A stretch of DNA of 59,654 nt, filler included, from Sluysia triapertura (GCA_046118255.1; 5 parts of 5 records of this genome joined end to end with filler, not necessarily neighbours in it); one strand, 5' to 3'. Shown: positions 40,533-54,199, counted from the whole stretch's first letter. Notes: generated by a model not told the origin, from the sequence alone. Program-made: numbers and translations.

Positions 40533-40888
40533 TAGGGTTTCCAACCGTCCCGGTTTTAAGAACTTGTCCCGGCGTCCCGGCCGGTTGTTAAAAATGTCCC
40601 GGTTTTTCCATGTTCTTCAACTGATTCAAAATATATTTATCCGGCGCCAATAAACTTGCGAAAAAAATTTTGAAAACATATTTGATGCGTCATACTGTAT
40701 GACTCAAACGCATACGTATATGTGTGACGTATGTGTGCCTCTAACTTTGAACTTTTTAGTGTACAGGTAATTAATTAATTATATATGTACAATGAAAAAC
40801 ACAAAATTTTTTTTGGGGAGGGGGGAGGGGGGAGGGTTGTTGAAAAAAATTTGACCGTCCCGGTTTGGCGAAAAAAATGGTCATAAGA
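40533..40888 (+). mobile_element. Non-autonomous hAT (Blackjack/MER94-like) MITE
   Basis: Starts TAGGGTTTCCAACCGTCCCGG, has five GTCCCGG subterminal motifs, ends ATGGTCA (eroded TIR). Confidence 0.7.
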
Positions 40889-42912
40889 CCTGACACAATC
40901 ATTGAATCATGAAGTCGTTAGAATTGCCATAATTCACGTTTATTTTTCCAAAAAGTAATTCGATATTTCAGATTGTATTCAACTGTATTACAATTTATGT
41001 AGAAATTAAATCATGGAAAATAATTTGTTGAAATTCAAAGATGACATTTTTATTCTCGGTTTTAGTTTAAATTGTTAAATTTAAAAATTTAAAATATTAT
41101 GGTGTAAAATAACTGTTATTTTACTTATGATAAAAATGAATTTAAGAAATTTGGTAGATAAAATTATTCTTAAGAAGAGGATTGTGAGAAAATTGAACTA
41201 GAGTTTGAAATAATGAAAATAAAAACAAGATTACCCGAAATAAAATGCTAATAAAAAGTTATAGAAAGTTGTCGTTAGGTTTTTGAGAGAGTGAAAAAAG
41301 AGTCAAGGTTTTGGATAGTAAAATTCGCTTGTCCTAAACCGGCGAGACTTCAGCGTTTGGATAGCCATGAAATCCTTAAGGACAATGTAATATATTCCTT
41401 TACGGTTTGTTCAGATTTTTTACCACATGAATTCATTTAAATGATAAATGTAGGGAGCAGTTACACTTTTCATTCTTTACAATAATAATCTTTTTAGTGA
41501 TAATAGTCTTTCTATTGGTCGTATGTATATTTACTCGAAATAAAGACAATTCTCCCATATTTCACACACATAGATAATGATAAGTACTCTGTTCCTTATC
41601 ATTTCAACTCCCAAACACTTGTTCGCTTTCTTACGTGAAACAATTATAAAAATTATTTTAAAATAGGTTCACCTGTGTAACACGGTTTATTTAAGAAGGA
41701 CGTGCTCACATGATTTAATTTCTACGATGCAAGAACCTGACGAATGTAATAAGAGGGTCAAATAGACTTAACAAATTATTAGCTTTATAACTTTAATTTA
41801 TAACTTTATAACTTTTATAACTTTGAAACTATTCTTTTATGATTTACTGTATTAATGTTAATATGAGTTTTTTTCATATCTTTATGGTTAACAGCTAATT
41901 CTATTTAATAAACGTTACTATATTATCAACTTAAATTCTACTTAATAACAATAGCACTACCTTAAGGATTTAACAATTCTAACCATTTTTCTTTATAAAC
42001 GTTGCTATTAATATTATGATCTCTTTTTCCTTTTACAAAGTATAAAATTTAAAAACAAAATTTTTATTAATCAAATAAAAATGATAAACAAATGTACAGT
42101 CCGTGTTTAAAATAAGAAAACTAATGATAATAAACAATTATAATAAATAAATATGCAATTTACTAAATTTTTAATTATGATTTTGACCCAGGATTAATTC
42201 TTGGGTTGTAAATTAAACTGATTTTTAAGTAAAGAATTTAAAGCAAATGTTATAAATGCCCTTACAAAAAATTAGCTTACTTATGTTCAATAAACGATTG
42301 TCGAAAAATATAGTATTCAATGAGTAATCTCCGAAATATAATCTTCACTAAGTATTGTCTTCAGCAAGAAATATCTGGTGAAAAATTTGAGCAGTTATAG
42401 CCTTTGTAATTGTAAGAATCTCTAGGCAAAGAGTTTGTATAAAATTTTCCAAATTAAACCAAATGAGAAATGAATACTTTAAATTGAATATTTTACTTGT
42501 AGATTTTTTGGTGTGAGTCAATAGTTTTAGAAAGTTATTTATATATTAATCTTTTAGGTCAATCATGTTCTATTTTTTTAATGATCATAATAATATTACT
42601 CATTTATAAACAGATATCTTTGCATATTACTCATTTATAGTAAAATTGAATTTCATTTAATTGAATGAGCATATGTTTTTCATAATCATTACGTTAAATT
42701 AATTTTCTAAAACTTGAATTTAATTAATTTTCCAATTTATTTTTAATAGATGATTATTTTACTTTTTTACACAAAATTGTAATGTTTAAAATATACGCAT
42801 AAAAAACAAAAATATACAAATATCTACAATTATAATATACAATATAATATTTACACACTATTGAAAATACAATCAATCCCATTACCCCTATATAAATACC
42901 CCATCTTTTCAT

Positions 42913-43856
42913 TATGGAATTCAATTGACTCACCTACGATCAACATTATTAGCTTGTGTTCATCTGGCATTTATTTTTCACTCATGTTCTTTGCAAAGCT
43001 GTTTTGACAAACAACCAATATTAAAGCAGAATGAAAAGAAATATACAGCGTGATTAAGTTAACGAATAATACATTAAGTAACGCCTAGTTAGAATGATGG
43101 TGTAAGTTCACCATTTCTATGAATAAACTTCAAAATCATTGGATCATTTTTTATAACGACATATTCGAAAATCAATCACTTAATGTTACGATCACTATAG
43201 CAATAATAGTGAATTAGGCAAAATTCGTAAACATTGAATATTGTTTGATAAGAAAGAAACCCTTCGAATTTTATGATGTATCAAAATTACTTACATGCCA
43301 AAAGTTGGCTACCGAAATGAAAAATAAATTTGAGACTCAATAACCCACTATATAGTCATGTTGTATTTATAAGTTTACAGCGAAATTAACCACCTAACTC
43401 GAGAATCTTTTTACATTACGTATCAAAATCAGTATTACCAATCATTAAGATTTGGATTTTGCATGGTCAAATTTTAGGTCATACGACTTTTCTGTACAAG
43501 TAATTACTATATCATTGTATATGAGAGATGAATTTCGGGTCAAGCAGAATTTAAATGTTAATTATAATAAAAAAATATATGAACACAATAAATCAATCAA
43601 TATAATCCCCATTAATCCGAAATATAATTTTAACCATACAATTACACGAAATTCAACTTTTTATCTTTTATGTAACTCCATCCAAGTAATGATCTTAATA
43701 CTTTTTACTGTGCTTGCAACCAATCTTAAGCTATTAAATTTCATCTCTTTTTAATACATAGACGTAGAAACAGTGGCATCACCATACACCTGGTCTTGTC
43801 AATTTGAAAATATATATATTTTTTGCAATCAAATAATAAGTTTAGGATTTTGTTAA
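42913..43856 (+). pseudogene. Decayed intronless secreted or membrane glycoprotein ORF, FN3-like
   Basis: TATA-like ctatataaata at ~42888, signal-like TLLACVHLAFIFHSCSL, one long frame with scattered stops, N-glycosylation sites (NNT, NQS, NVT, NKS, NHT, NST), motifs CIYKFTAK, LDFAWS, NPKYNFNHTI. Confidence 0.35.
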
Positions 43857-44819
43857 AATTCAATTAAATTTAATTAAATTCATTTAATTTCATTCAAGCT
43901 CATTTTTATAATTCTTTAATTTTGTTTCACTTATAGGATTTTCTCACTGTTCAATCTTTTGCGATGCCTTGCATCAATCGTTTTCATTTTAGGTCCATCT
44001 TCTTTCTTTATGACAACGCACCTACCGATAGTATTAATTAAATGAAAGTTAAATAGAATTTCCTAGGCAAATAGAAGATATTTTCCGATTTATTAACACC
44101 CTCTTCTCGACATAAGACATTTGCTGAATCGGATCCTGCTCAATTTTAATTTGCCGTAGGTTAGGAATTAAGAGAACCACAGCATATTATTGATTTTTTT
44201 GTTTATTATATGTGACCTTTTAGAATTAGTTTTTTATAACATTGTTTTTTAAAAATAAACAATAAAAATAAAACATTAAAACATTTGTAATAATACTTGA
44301 GATTATTTTAAAGTAATATTTATCAAATTATATTAAATGTTAAACTAAATTTAAAATAATACTAAAATAGATGATTAAATTTTAAGTACTTACAATAAAG
44401 CATTTTAATGTTATTAAGTTGTATGTTTACGTAATTCCAAATTATTGTTATGCACAATTCTATACACAATGTCAGTGACTGTTATCGTAATCTAAGTTAC
44501 TTTTTGAAATAACTTTATATTTGATATCACGTTCATTTAATATCTTTGGTAGTCGGAATTTCATATGAAATATCAGTTCATTGAGGTTTGTCTTCTTACG
44601 GCCTTTTGTACTGTTACTTGCCACTTGTTTGTTTAAACCTTGATACCATAATTTTAATGGTTCGGCGATTTTTTACACATAATTTCTTATCTAATTGTAC
44701 GTTAAAGTGAATATCTGTTCCGTTATAATATCCGAGTGCAGCGGCTTCGTATGAAGATGGTAAAATTAATTTTTAACTTTTATGTCCAAATTATGCCATA
44801 GTGAAATTGGCCATTCATT

Positions 44820-44820
<1 letters not shown>

Positions 44821-44897
<77 letters not shown>
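44821..44897. repeat. Head-to-head (AAT)n/(ATT)n palindromic microsatellite
   Basis: An AAT run switches at C44861 to its reverse complement. Confidence 0.95.
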
Positions 44898-44898
<1 letters not shown>

Positions 44899-45750
44899 TT
44901 TTAATGTTTTACAAAACCAATGAATACTATTTAGCAATTGTTGATAATTTTTTATTTTATTATTATTGTAATAAATTTTTTATTGTTTAAGTGTTTGCTT
45001 AATGTAAAATTTAGTCTCGACTTCTTCTAAGTCTTTTTTTAATTTTATTTTTTTAAATCTTTACCAAATATCTGCTATCTTTTTAACTATGTCTGGATAA
45101 TATTTTATACTCTAAAAACTTTAGTTCTGTATTATTAATTCAAATAACTTTATGAAATTTATAGTTCTGAACTTCAATTAATATTATCACTGTATATTAA
45201 ACTTAACTGGAGGTATGAATCAGTATACTCCTCCTTGCTGTTCAGGACAGAAGTGCTTAATAATTTATTAATAACAGTTAGGCCTTAATCAACTATATTT
45301 TATAAAATCGTTTTATTAGTAGCGCCACTCTCAATTAAATTTTACAAGTAACCTTTAAAATAAAACAAGAATACCAAATTATTTATTTACTTTTATTTAC
45401 GTATTTTATGAAAACAAAATTTTATGAATTCCAAAATAAAGATAAAATAATACAATTAACAACCACTTACTGTATCAATCAAAGTCAATGTGATACTGTT
45501 CAATAAGACGGCAGAGCTTATCTTCTTTATTGACATTGTTAATATCTTTCAGCATATATTGTGAGTGTCTTGCTTTCTTCTTGTTCCTTTTATACTTTTT
45601 TGCACAATATAAAATTGTCAAGTAATAGTATACAATGATCAATAATTTTATCCAATATAAAATTTCATTTTCATTATAAAATAAAATTACATAAAATTTC
45701 GTTACTAGTATAATTTAATGTTTATCAGTTTTAAATAATAATAATAATAA

Positions 45751-45867
45751 TAATCAAACACGACATCAACAATAATATTTAGATAGAAAAATTTCGTTAC
45801 ATGTAATCAAACACGACATCATCAATAATATTTGGATAGAAAGAATAATAATATTTAGATAGAAAAA
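45751..45867. repeat. 53-bp tandem duplication plus a partial third copy
   Basis: taatcaaacacgacatca.caataatattt.gatagaaa at 45751 and 45804. Confidence 0.85.
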
Positions 45868-46136
45868 TAATCATAATAATAACAATAATAATAGCAAGAA
45901 TAATAATAATACTACAACAACAATTTAATTATTATATCATTCTATTCTATTTTGGACATAAATTTTCAATTTAATTTACTTTTATTTGATTTAAAATATT
46001 ATACTATAATTTAATTTAAAATATATTAAAATATTGTATTATGTTAACATTATTTTTATATTTACTAATTATGATTGATAATCTTAATTATATACTTAAT
46101 ATATAGTTGATCAAGCCATATCTCGGCTATATATTT

Positions 46137-46139
<3 letters not shown>

Positions 46140-46177
<38 letters not shown>
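46140..46177. repeat. (AT)n microsatellite
   Basis: Perfect AT run. Confidence 0.95.
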
Positions 46178-46179
<2 letters not shown>

Positions 46180-48705
46180 CGTATAATTTTTTATATTCAA
46201 GTGTTTCTTATTGATGGATTCACCCACGTCTTATATTCTAATGGAAAAAACCTCTATAGGAATTTAATTATCACTTTATTACTTTATAACTTCAATAATT
46301 TTTAATTCGCACACACTCTGATACCTTATTATTTCGCCAAATGGGAACATAAATAGATGAATAAATACTTAGCTGTATGTTTTCGTTTAGCAATCGTTTT
46401 CTCTATTTTAAGGCTATTATATTGAGGTACGCATAGTAGGTTAAATACTTTAAGTAGGTAGTAAGACTTATATTCTTTTGAATTATATTTTGTACTTTAG
46501 TTTTATCTTTTATCTATTAATGGTATTAACCATGTATGTAATTAATTTTTACTGCGGCGGTTTATTAGTAATTTCCACTTAAAATTGTAACTATTTTAAT
46601 TGATAAATATGTAATCGGTTTCTTGGTCTATATTTTTAACTTTTTCTTCTCTTATCCCTGGGTTCTAGTTTTAAATAATTTTAAATTAGCAAGACAAGTT
46701 ACTATATTAACACACGAAAAAAGTATGTTAAATGATTTCGAAGAACTTTGTATTCAGTAACAATCATAACAATATAGCAAATACTACGAATTAAGATACA
46801 CTTGAGGAGTTATAATAATAATAATAATGAAATTGCAAGATAATCTATTAATATTTTTGTTAAGTACTTTAGAACATATTTTATTACTAACTTTAAGTTA
46901 GCGGTAAAGTATAATCATTTTAAATGTGATCCTAAAATTATTTAAAGAAAAAACTTCACATTAATAAACTTACGATTTAATTTTACAGTAATAGGTGGAC
47001 ATACTTTTTATAATATTCTCTCCAGAAAGTAATGACATGCTAGCCCAGTAATACAATGTATAGAGCCGTAAAATTATAATTCTGCAGATAATTATTAATT
47101 AGCGTTTTACAACGCTTTTTATACTTTTACAAAATGCGCGTTATATCCCGTAATTCAAATAATTACTTTTACGCATAAATTTCTTTTAATTATAGGCAAC
47201 ACACCTTAAATTATTTCATTAAAGTATTATTGTTATTATTGTTATGTATTATTATCAATCTTTAACAAATTTAGAATTTTTTGTTATTAACAGAAATCTT
47301 AATGTAAAAAGTTAGGTCATGTGTTAATTAATCGATAGCAATATGAAATATCAAAAAATTGTATTAAGTTTTTGTAAAATGTTTAGATTCAAATGTATTA
47401 ATAATAATATTTTATTATCACGACACTTCTATGCAAAATTATTTTTATACGGGTTCGTATATGGTATATGATTTATATTTTGTAGTAAAAAGCCGTACCT
47501 ATAGGTTTTTTCTATTTATAAAAGTTTAGTTTATGAAGCTTAACTTATTCGGAGATTCTAGTTGAATTAATTTTTACGCTCTCATGCTAAAATAACAGTT
47601 TAAGTTTAGGAAACTCTTATTAATAGATTGTGCGTAATTTAATTCTTATCGACTGAAAAAATATGTTTTTAATTCTGAAATTTAACAAAATTGTAAATAA
47701 AACAAAACCAGTACAAATATTTTATTTTAATAATTACAAACATTGATAATAAATGAACGAAATAATTAAAGAATTTCACAATTTAAAATATAAAAGTAAT
47801 TCTAAAAATGATTTTATGACTGGCTTAAGCCAGCGCCAAAAGTAATTACAATTTAAGTTAAGTTTGTACCCTCCTTAAATAAGGTAAAAACCTGTGTGAT
47901 AAAAACTTACAAAAAATGGGCGATAAAGGATCAGAAACCAATTTAGGCACAAATATAATTGGAAACTCTTTAGAATAATCCAGTGGTATCATAATAGTAA
48001 TGTTGTCACAAAACTTTTGAATCAATCGTTCATACTTTAATTTGTCATTATTTCCAACAAATTTTCTGTGTGTCTTTTATTTTTTCTTGTTATTTATATC
48101 ACCATAAATCTATTCGACATATTTCTATTTAATTAACAAATACGTTTTTTAATTGAATCAATCCATTATAATTCAATTTATTTAATAATGAAACATCAAT
48201 TTCACTAATGTATTTTATTATTAATTTTGAAAATCTACTAAATAAATATATTATTTTTCATTAATTTATTTTCTATTAAAAATTTTAAAAATATGATTTA
48301 ACAGCAACAACAAAAACAATAATAATAATAATAATTATATTAATATTACATATTTTCAGAATCACAATCTTGCCATCAGTTTCAAAAATTAAAGAAGTAA
48401 TGGAAAGAATTCAAGATTTTCATTACAACTTCATGAAAGAATATCAATGACTTCAAAATGAATTAATAATAATAGAAAGCTAGATCGAGTAGTTTTTATT
48501 TATCAAATGATAGTCATTAATGTATATTGAAAGAGTAAAATAATGATGAAATCTCATATCTGAACATAATAGTTTGCAGGAAATGATAAACTAAAATAAT
48601 GTATAAATGAGATCATTTGTTGAGGTTGAATGATTCGTCATGTAAATCAATGTTTATAAATCCATAATTAAATGTAGTAGAATATTTTCGACAGCGATAT
48701 TAAGT

Positions 48706-48805
48706 NNNNNNNNNNNNNNNNNNNNNNNNNNNNNNNNNNNNNNNNNNNNTTAATTAATTAANNNNNNNNNNNNNNNNNNNNNNNNNNNNNNNNNNNNNNN
48801 NNNNN
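48706..48805. other. Artificial contig linker
   Basis: N44-TTAATTAATTAA-N44. Confidence 0.98.
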
Positions 48806-49130
48806 TTTGCAAGGTTATTATGTTTACACTATATTCAATAAAAGTATAAATAAAATGCTATCCTGGAAAACATTTTACATTTTATCAATATTTATTATAA
48901 TTGATACTGTTATATTATTTATTTTTTCGACGTTAACAAATCTTGTTTATTTATTAAACTTATTAATTGTTTTTTCGTTTTTAATCGTTACAGGCATTAA
49001 GTCTATGTTTATAATAAAAAAATATGTGTCTTAATCTTATTAACTTAATTGTTATTTATTTTCTAAAAATAATTCTAAAGATAAATAAAAATAAAGTTGA
49101 TTTAGAATTTGTAAAATTAAAAATAATATT

Positions 49131-51050
49131 GCCCTCCACACAACTTGTCTTCGTTACCCAGATATCGCTCTCATAACTTCCTTGTGTGATCCATACTATA
49201 AGAACTCCATTATTTTCAAAAGTTACATTCTTGGATACCTCACGGGATGCCCTACGATTTGTGCGGTAATCTATATTAAATCTCATTTTTCTTTACTTGC
49301 CATTGACGTAAATGATGGATCTTCCTACGTGGTTGACCTTCTGCGACACAATCAATCAAGCTACCATTGCGTAGGGAGAGGGCTTTCACAGCGCCTCTGT
49401 TTCTTTCTTGACATTAAAGCCATTACATTTCTCGCAAAGGCACCTTTTCCCTATAAACTCCAGAGTAATTCCTGTGATTGAGGAGTCATGATTTGTGGGT
49501 ATCTGGAAGCCTTAGCTTTGTGTCGCACCCTTATTGACATAGATCCACGAGCAATTCGCTGCTTTTTGAGGCCAGAACCTAATTTCCCTAAAAATTCAAT
49601 CAAATTCCGAATCAACGTCCTGACAGACTTGACCCACAGAGCAAGAATATGGCTGCTGCAGCAGTCCAACATATCTCCCCACCTAAGACGAATTATCAAC
49701 TTCCTCCAAAAGCAATCATCTCTCAGTGGACCAACATTCGCCCAAGCTGTTAAACATACAAGTAAAGCTCCTCATAGGACATCGCCAACATTGAACTAAC
49801 TGGTGATCCCTAAATGGACGAATATTAAAGTCTCGGGGCCTCGGACTGCTAAACCCCCAATCCCTAGGATGCTCAGGAATACCTAAGCCGCCTAACCATA
49901 TAAATAACATAGGTCGTAAGATTGCAACTGTTAAAACATCGAATTCTAAAGTCTCTGGACCTAGTAACAACAACTGATGTAAAGTTATTTTTCAAAAAGT
50001 GACTGAAGGAAAAAACCATTTCGGTACAATAATCTTCAAGTCACACTGACCCTTATTACTAACTATGGTGTGGTGGTACTCATAAACAAATGGCTTCTCT
50101 ACCCATAATCTGATAATTACTATTGATGGGGATACATTCTTCTCTGTAAAACTGAATGCAATTCCTATGGTCACTGAGGAAGCCATCCCTAACCCTAATG
50201 TTAATAATAATGCTACAACCTACTTCTGTGACCCACCACCTCAACCTAGCAGTATCCTTCCGATCCCTTCAAATAACTTAACTACTACTGCTGCTAATCC
50301 ATCGATCTTAAACGGCACACCTCCTGTGATGCCCACTAACAACGATCCAACTGCCCTCTGAACTTCCACCTATCGCCTCCATTGTTGATCCTATTAATAT
50401 TCCGTTACAAACAATTTCTCCTGCAGAGTCTGAGACCTATGAAATTATTAGCTTCCGCAATGAATGTATCTCCACAACTCCTCCTCACATTGTCCCTGCT
50501 GAACCCTAGGTTACTTCAGCCGTCGGAAACGGCATTGATATTGATGATTGCACCACCTATATTTCTTCAACTTCTTGCAATAAGCTGCATGATAATACTC
50601 ACATTATTATCTTTCCTAAGAGAATCATTAAATACTCTCTACTTGACTGTAATATGAAAGGTCTTACTATTAAGAACCGCTCCGATTTCAAGGAAGTCCG
50701 TAGGCATTTTACTACCAAACACAAGTTTACCACCATATTGAGTAATCTTAAAGTAAAATGCACATGTGGAGCAATCAAGACATGGGAATAATTTATCATG
50801 ACCCACATTGAACACACTAACGTCTTCGATAGTGACATTCGTGGTGCAGGTAAAAAAGTCACCGTCCTACCCCTTATACCGCAAGAAAATAAGCAGATCC
50901 TGTGCACGGTCTCATCTCCTATCACTGTTCGGCGTACTTCCTGCGGGATTACTCAAAAGCTTAATCCTAATGATTAAAATAGCCTTAAGCATCACCAACT
51001 TAAGAAGCATAATTTTAAAGGAAATCAAGTAATGGCAGGATCAAAATAAA
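49131..51050 (+). mobile_element. Decayed 5' part of a NeSL-like non-LTR retrotransposon: Ulp1/C48 protease, Pro/Thr linker, C2H2-like zinc fingers
   Basis: GC-richer block. IYIKSHFSLLAIDVNDGSSYVVDLL...QSNSCD*GVMICGYLEAL matches the Ulp1 H-D-Q-C motifs. Later IIIFPKR..LDC..VRRHFTTKH..CTCG..H and SLKHHQLKKH. No RT in the window, so the clade assignment is inferred from domain architecture. Confidence 0.65.
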
Positions 51051-52345
51051 TAATAATCAGTAAGATGACGTTTCATCGATAATAAATTTGTTGCATTCGC
51101 AGTTTCAATTTTATGGGTTTTAATCTCGGATTCATATGAAATTTATTCCTTCATGTAATTTAGTTTTTCTTTTGCAAATAGTCGAAATTACGAGGTTGGA
51201 TTTTTAGTTTAAACTGGTTAATACAATTGGTATTAATATTGATTTTTTAGGCCGTTTTAGTAATTATGAATTTTTTTATTATTACTAAATTTTATAATTT
51301 CAGGTAGCTTACCATTCAGTATAAGAAACAAATAGAGTTAATTTAAGTGCGACTTCAATATTTTTGAAAAATTATAACAATTGACGTGTGCAATATAACT
51401 AGTAATAAATTATTTAATGAATATTTTTCAGTTGTTGATAAGTTCTTTAAAGATCTTACGTTATCTTTATCAGTGCAAAGTATAATTTGAATATTGTTTT
51501 GTCAACAATCATGTATAATATTAAAATTTCGAGGACGATATATAAACTTTTGCTGGACACATTGTGACCAATCAGACCATTATGATCTTTGTAGCACGAT
51601 TCTTTCGGAGATGTTGATTTTGCTTCAATTGATCCATTCATAATTATTGAACAAAGGGAGCGATATTGCATTAATTCAGAAATATTCTTCAATATTGACC
51701 ATGACGTACATTCAGATTATACAGTTTCATAACTTGATGGACATATTTCAAAATAGATTTTTCTGTTATTATTATATCTATGTTTAATTTTTTATATTTA
51801 CACTTGCTCCAAGAATTCTAAGTAAACCAAGAATTAATTTCAAACGTCTTAACTGAACAACTCGAGCAAACTTCTTATGTCGTGATGAGGGCATTCCTTT
51901 TAACTAAATAAGCCAATATTTTACCTGAATATAAATGTTCTATATTTAGGGTCTTTAACAAATGCTGAAATGATGAAATTTTATTAACGTAACCTATATC
52001 TTTTAATAATTAAATAAACACAAAAATATCAACTTTATTCACGAAATACCAAAGATCTTAGAGCAATAATAAAAAACATAAGAGTGTAATAAAAAGGGAA
52101 TTTAAGGATTAAAGCTCCAAGAGCGTTTAATCTGTTAACTATAATAATTCGAGTGTATATTACCCCCTCAATATATCGGGGACTTAAAAATTACAAATAA
52201 TTTAAAAATTTACGTTGATTTTATAATATCAACTTCTAAAGTTGAAATTGAAGTTAAAAGTATATAAATTACTAATGTTGGGGTAAGAGGCCTAAAAAGT
52301 GCCAAGTAGTATAATTGAATATATTGAAAATGAAATTGTTAGACG

Positions 52346-52417
52346 GGGCTGATAGCTCAGTGGTAGAGCATTCGAACTGCGCAGCGATGGTTCCGGGTTC
52401 GATCCCCGGTCAGTCCA
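52346..52417 (+). tRNA. tRNA-Ala(TGC)-like gene with a disrupted anticodon stem (atypical or pseudo)
   Basis: Acceptor GGGCTGA/TCAGTCC+A with G3:U70, D stem GCTC/GAGC, T stem CCGGG/CCCGG with TTCGATC loop, A and B boxes, TGC at positions 34-36, TTTT terminator. Anticodon stem TTCGA/AGCGA is mostly mispaired. Confidence 0.8.
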
Positions 52418-54199
52418 TTTTACGAAGTCTAACAGAGCGATTATCACATATAATAACATACATTACGAAATTTAGATAATGTAAAAATCGTCAATTTTAA
52501 TTAAATATTGAGCATACGTAGTAAAAGTATTAATTCTCAGTAATAGATCATTCTTTATATGTTATTGACGTGTTACGCATTGCATCAAAAATTATTATTG
52601 AAAATAAGTTTATATTTGATTTAGATTTATGTTCAATTTAAGTTATATTACTGTATCAATAAGCACTTTTATAACCATGATGTTAAATTTTATTATTTCG
52701 AAAAGATACGAATTTGTTTGCTACAAAACTCATTATCTTTGGATAATTGCTAGATAATATTAAGACGGAAATTTGTATTCAAATTTGATTCATAAAGTTT
52801 GGAGGCATCAAACCGACTTGCACAATAATTAAATCGAATTCCCTCTTCCTGGCAATTATCTAACACAATATAAAGAACCACATTTTCCTATCATCTAACA
52901 CAAAAATTCATTACAATGTCTATTACTTTCACTGTATGAGGGCTGATTCTACATAGTACTGCAAAAACTTCTAACTAAATTATATTCTTTTTAAAGCAAC
53001 TTATTCGTGATTGGTTGTGTCTTGACTTTTTAATATTTATTTATTTGTACTAATATATATGTACGATGTGTAACCCTTGAAATTGAAATGTAATTGAAGT
53101 ACTTTGAGATTGACTTATAATGAATCGTAACTAATTTTCATAAACATTACTTGATTTCTGTTGTGATAAACTTTGTCATGTAGTTATAATCAAGATTCGA
53201 ACTCATTTAATTGTGTTATATAATTATTGATGATAATTTAACAGATAAAAACACAACTTATTTAAAGTAAGTATTTAAAGAAACATTTTGATTGGCTAAT
53301 AATCAAAATTCAAATAAAATTTTTAGTTTATTTTGGATAAGAATACTTCTTTGCAAACCTGAATTTTTGCTCTAAATTCTTAAAAATTAGGATAGCTAAT
53401 TGGATGCGTTTTTTCATTTTTCTATATATTTTGTTTAATACATTAAATATACAGTTCATTGTCAATGAAATGCATCCAAATTAAATAAAATTTATTACGT
53501 AAAATATATTTCTGAGATTTTTCGAAACAACACTTCTTAGCGAAGAACTGGTAATAGGAAAAGGTGTCTTAATAAAATTCCACAAGAAGTTCTAAATTCT
53601 TCATTATTTAATATCAAATTAAATCTATCATTTCAGTAGAATAAAGTTTGACATACAAACTTTTACTTTACAAAATTCAAAGCAATTTTTATATGTTGTT
53701 TTTGATCTAACACAAAACATTTTGCTTTTAGAAGTATAAATAAATGTAAGTGAAATAGCTTGTGTTTTATTTTTTAAGTTACGAGTGATCGCAGAAAAGT
53801 GTTTTTATATATGTAAAAGTACAATATTAAATACCTAGTAAAGCGGGAAATATCTTAAAATATTTTGTTCAAATGAATTCAACTCACTCAATTTTAAATG
53901 ACGTCATTTAACAATAAATAAAATTAATGAAAAGTTTCAAACAATATTTAAAACAATTTATTTTCAATCATAATAAAAATAAATTTAAATTTTAGTTGCA
54001 CTTAGAGAAATATCAAAATGAAAATTTTCAAATGTAAAATAAAAAGGAATTCTCTATGAATGTTTTTGTAACGGTAAAAAATACAAATAAATAATTTCTT
54101 GTTAAATAGGTGAAAGAATATTGCCCTAAAATGAATTTGTAAAACTGATCAATATTGAGAAAAATTTGTGCTTACCAAATGTTTAAGCAATCAAAGATG

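Noticed and set aside
41220-41460. FN3-like reading LRISW...NFTIQNL on the minus strand
   Set aside because: Too short, contains stops, and overlaps a TGTCCT/AGGACA inverted repeat more typical of TE ends.
44460-44820. Possible MULE remnant (EWPISLW) on the minus strand
   Set aside because: The expected RTNN..E motif is absent.
49451-50925. Minus-strand ORFs over the NeSL-like block
   Set aside because: Antisense shadows of GC-richer TE coding sequence.
51456-51900. Possible hAT transposase remnant (FARVVQL; CTSWS)
   Set aside because: Only weak resemblance to the CxAHxLQL and TRWxS motifs.
52700-52980. Possible RTE-type RT fragment (EEGIRFNY) on the minus strand
   Set aside because: Single short motif, no YADD core.
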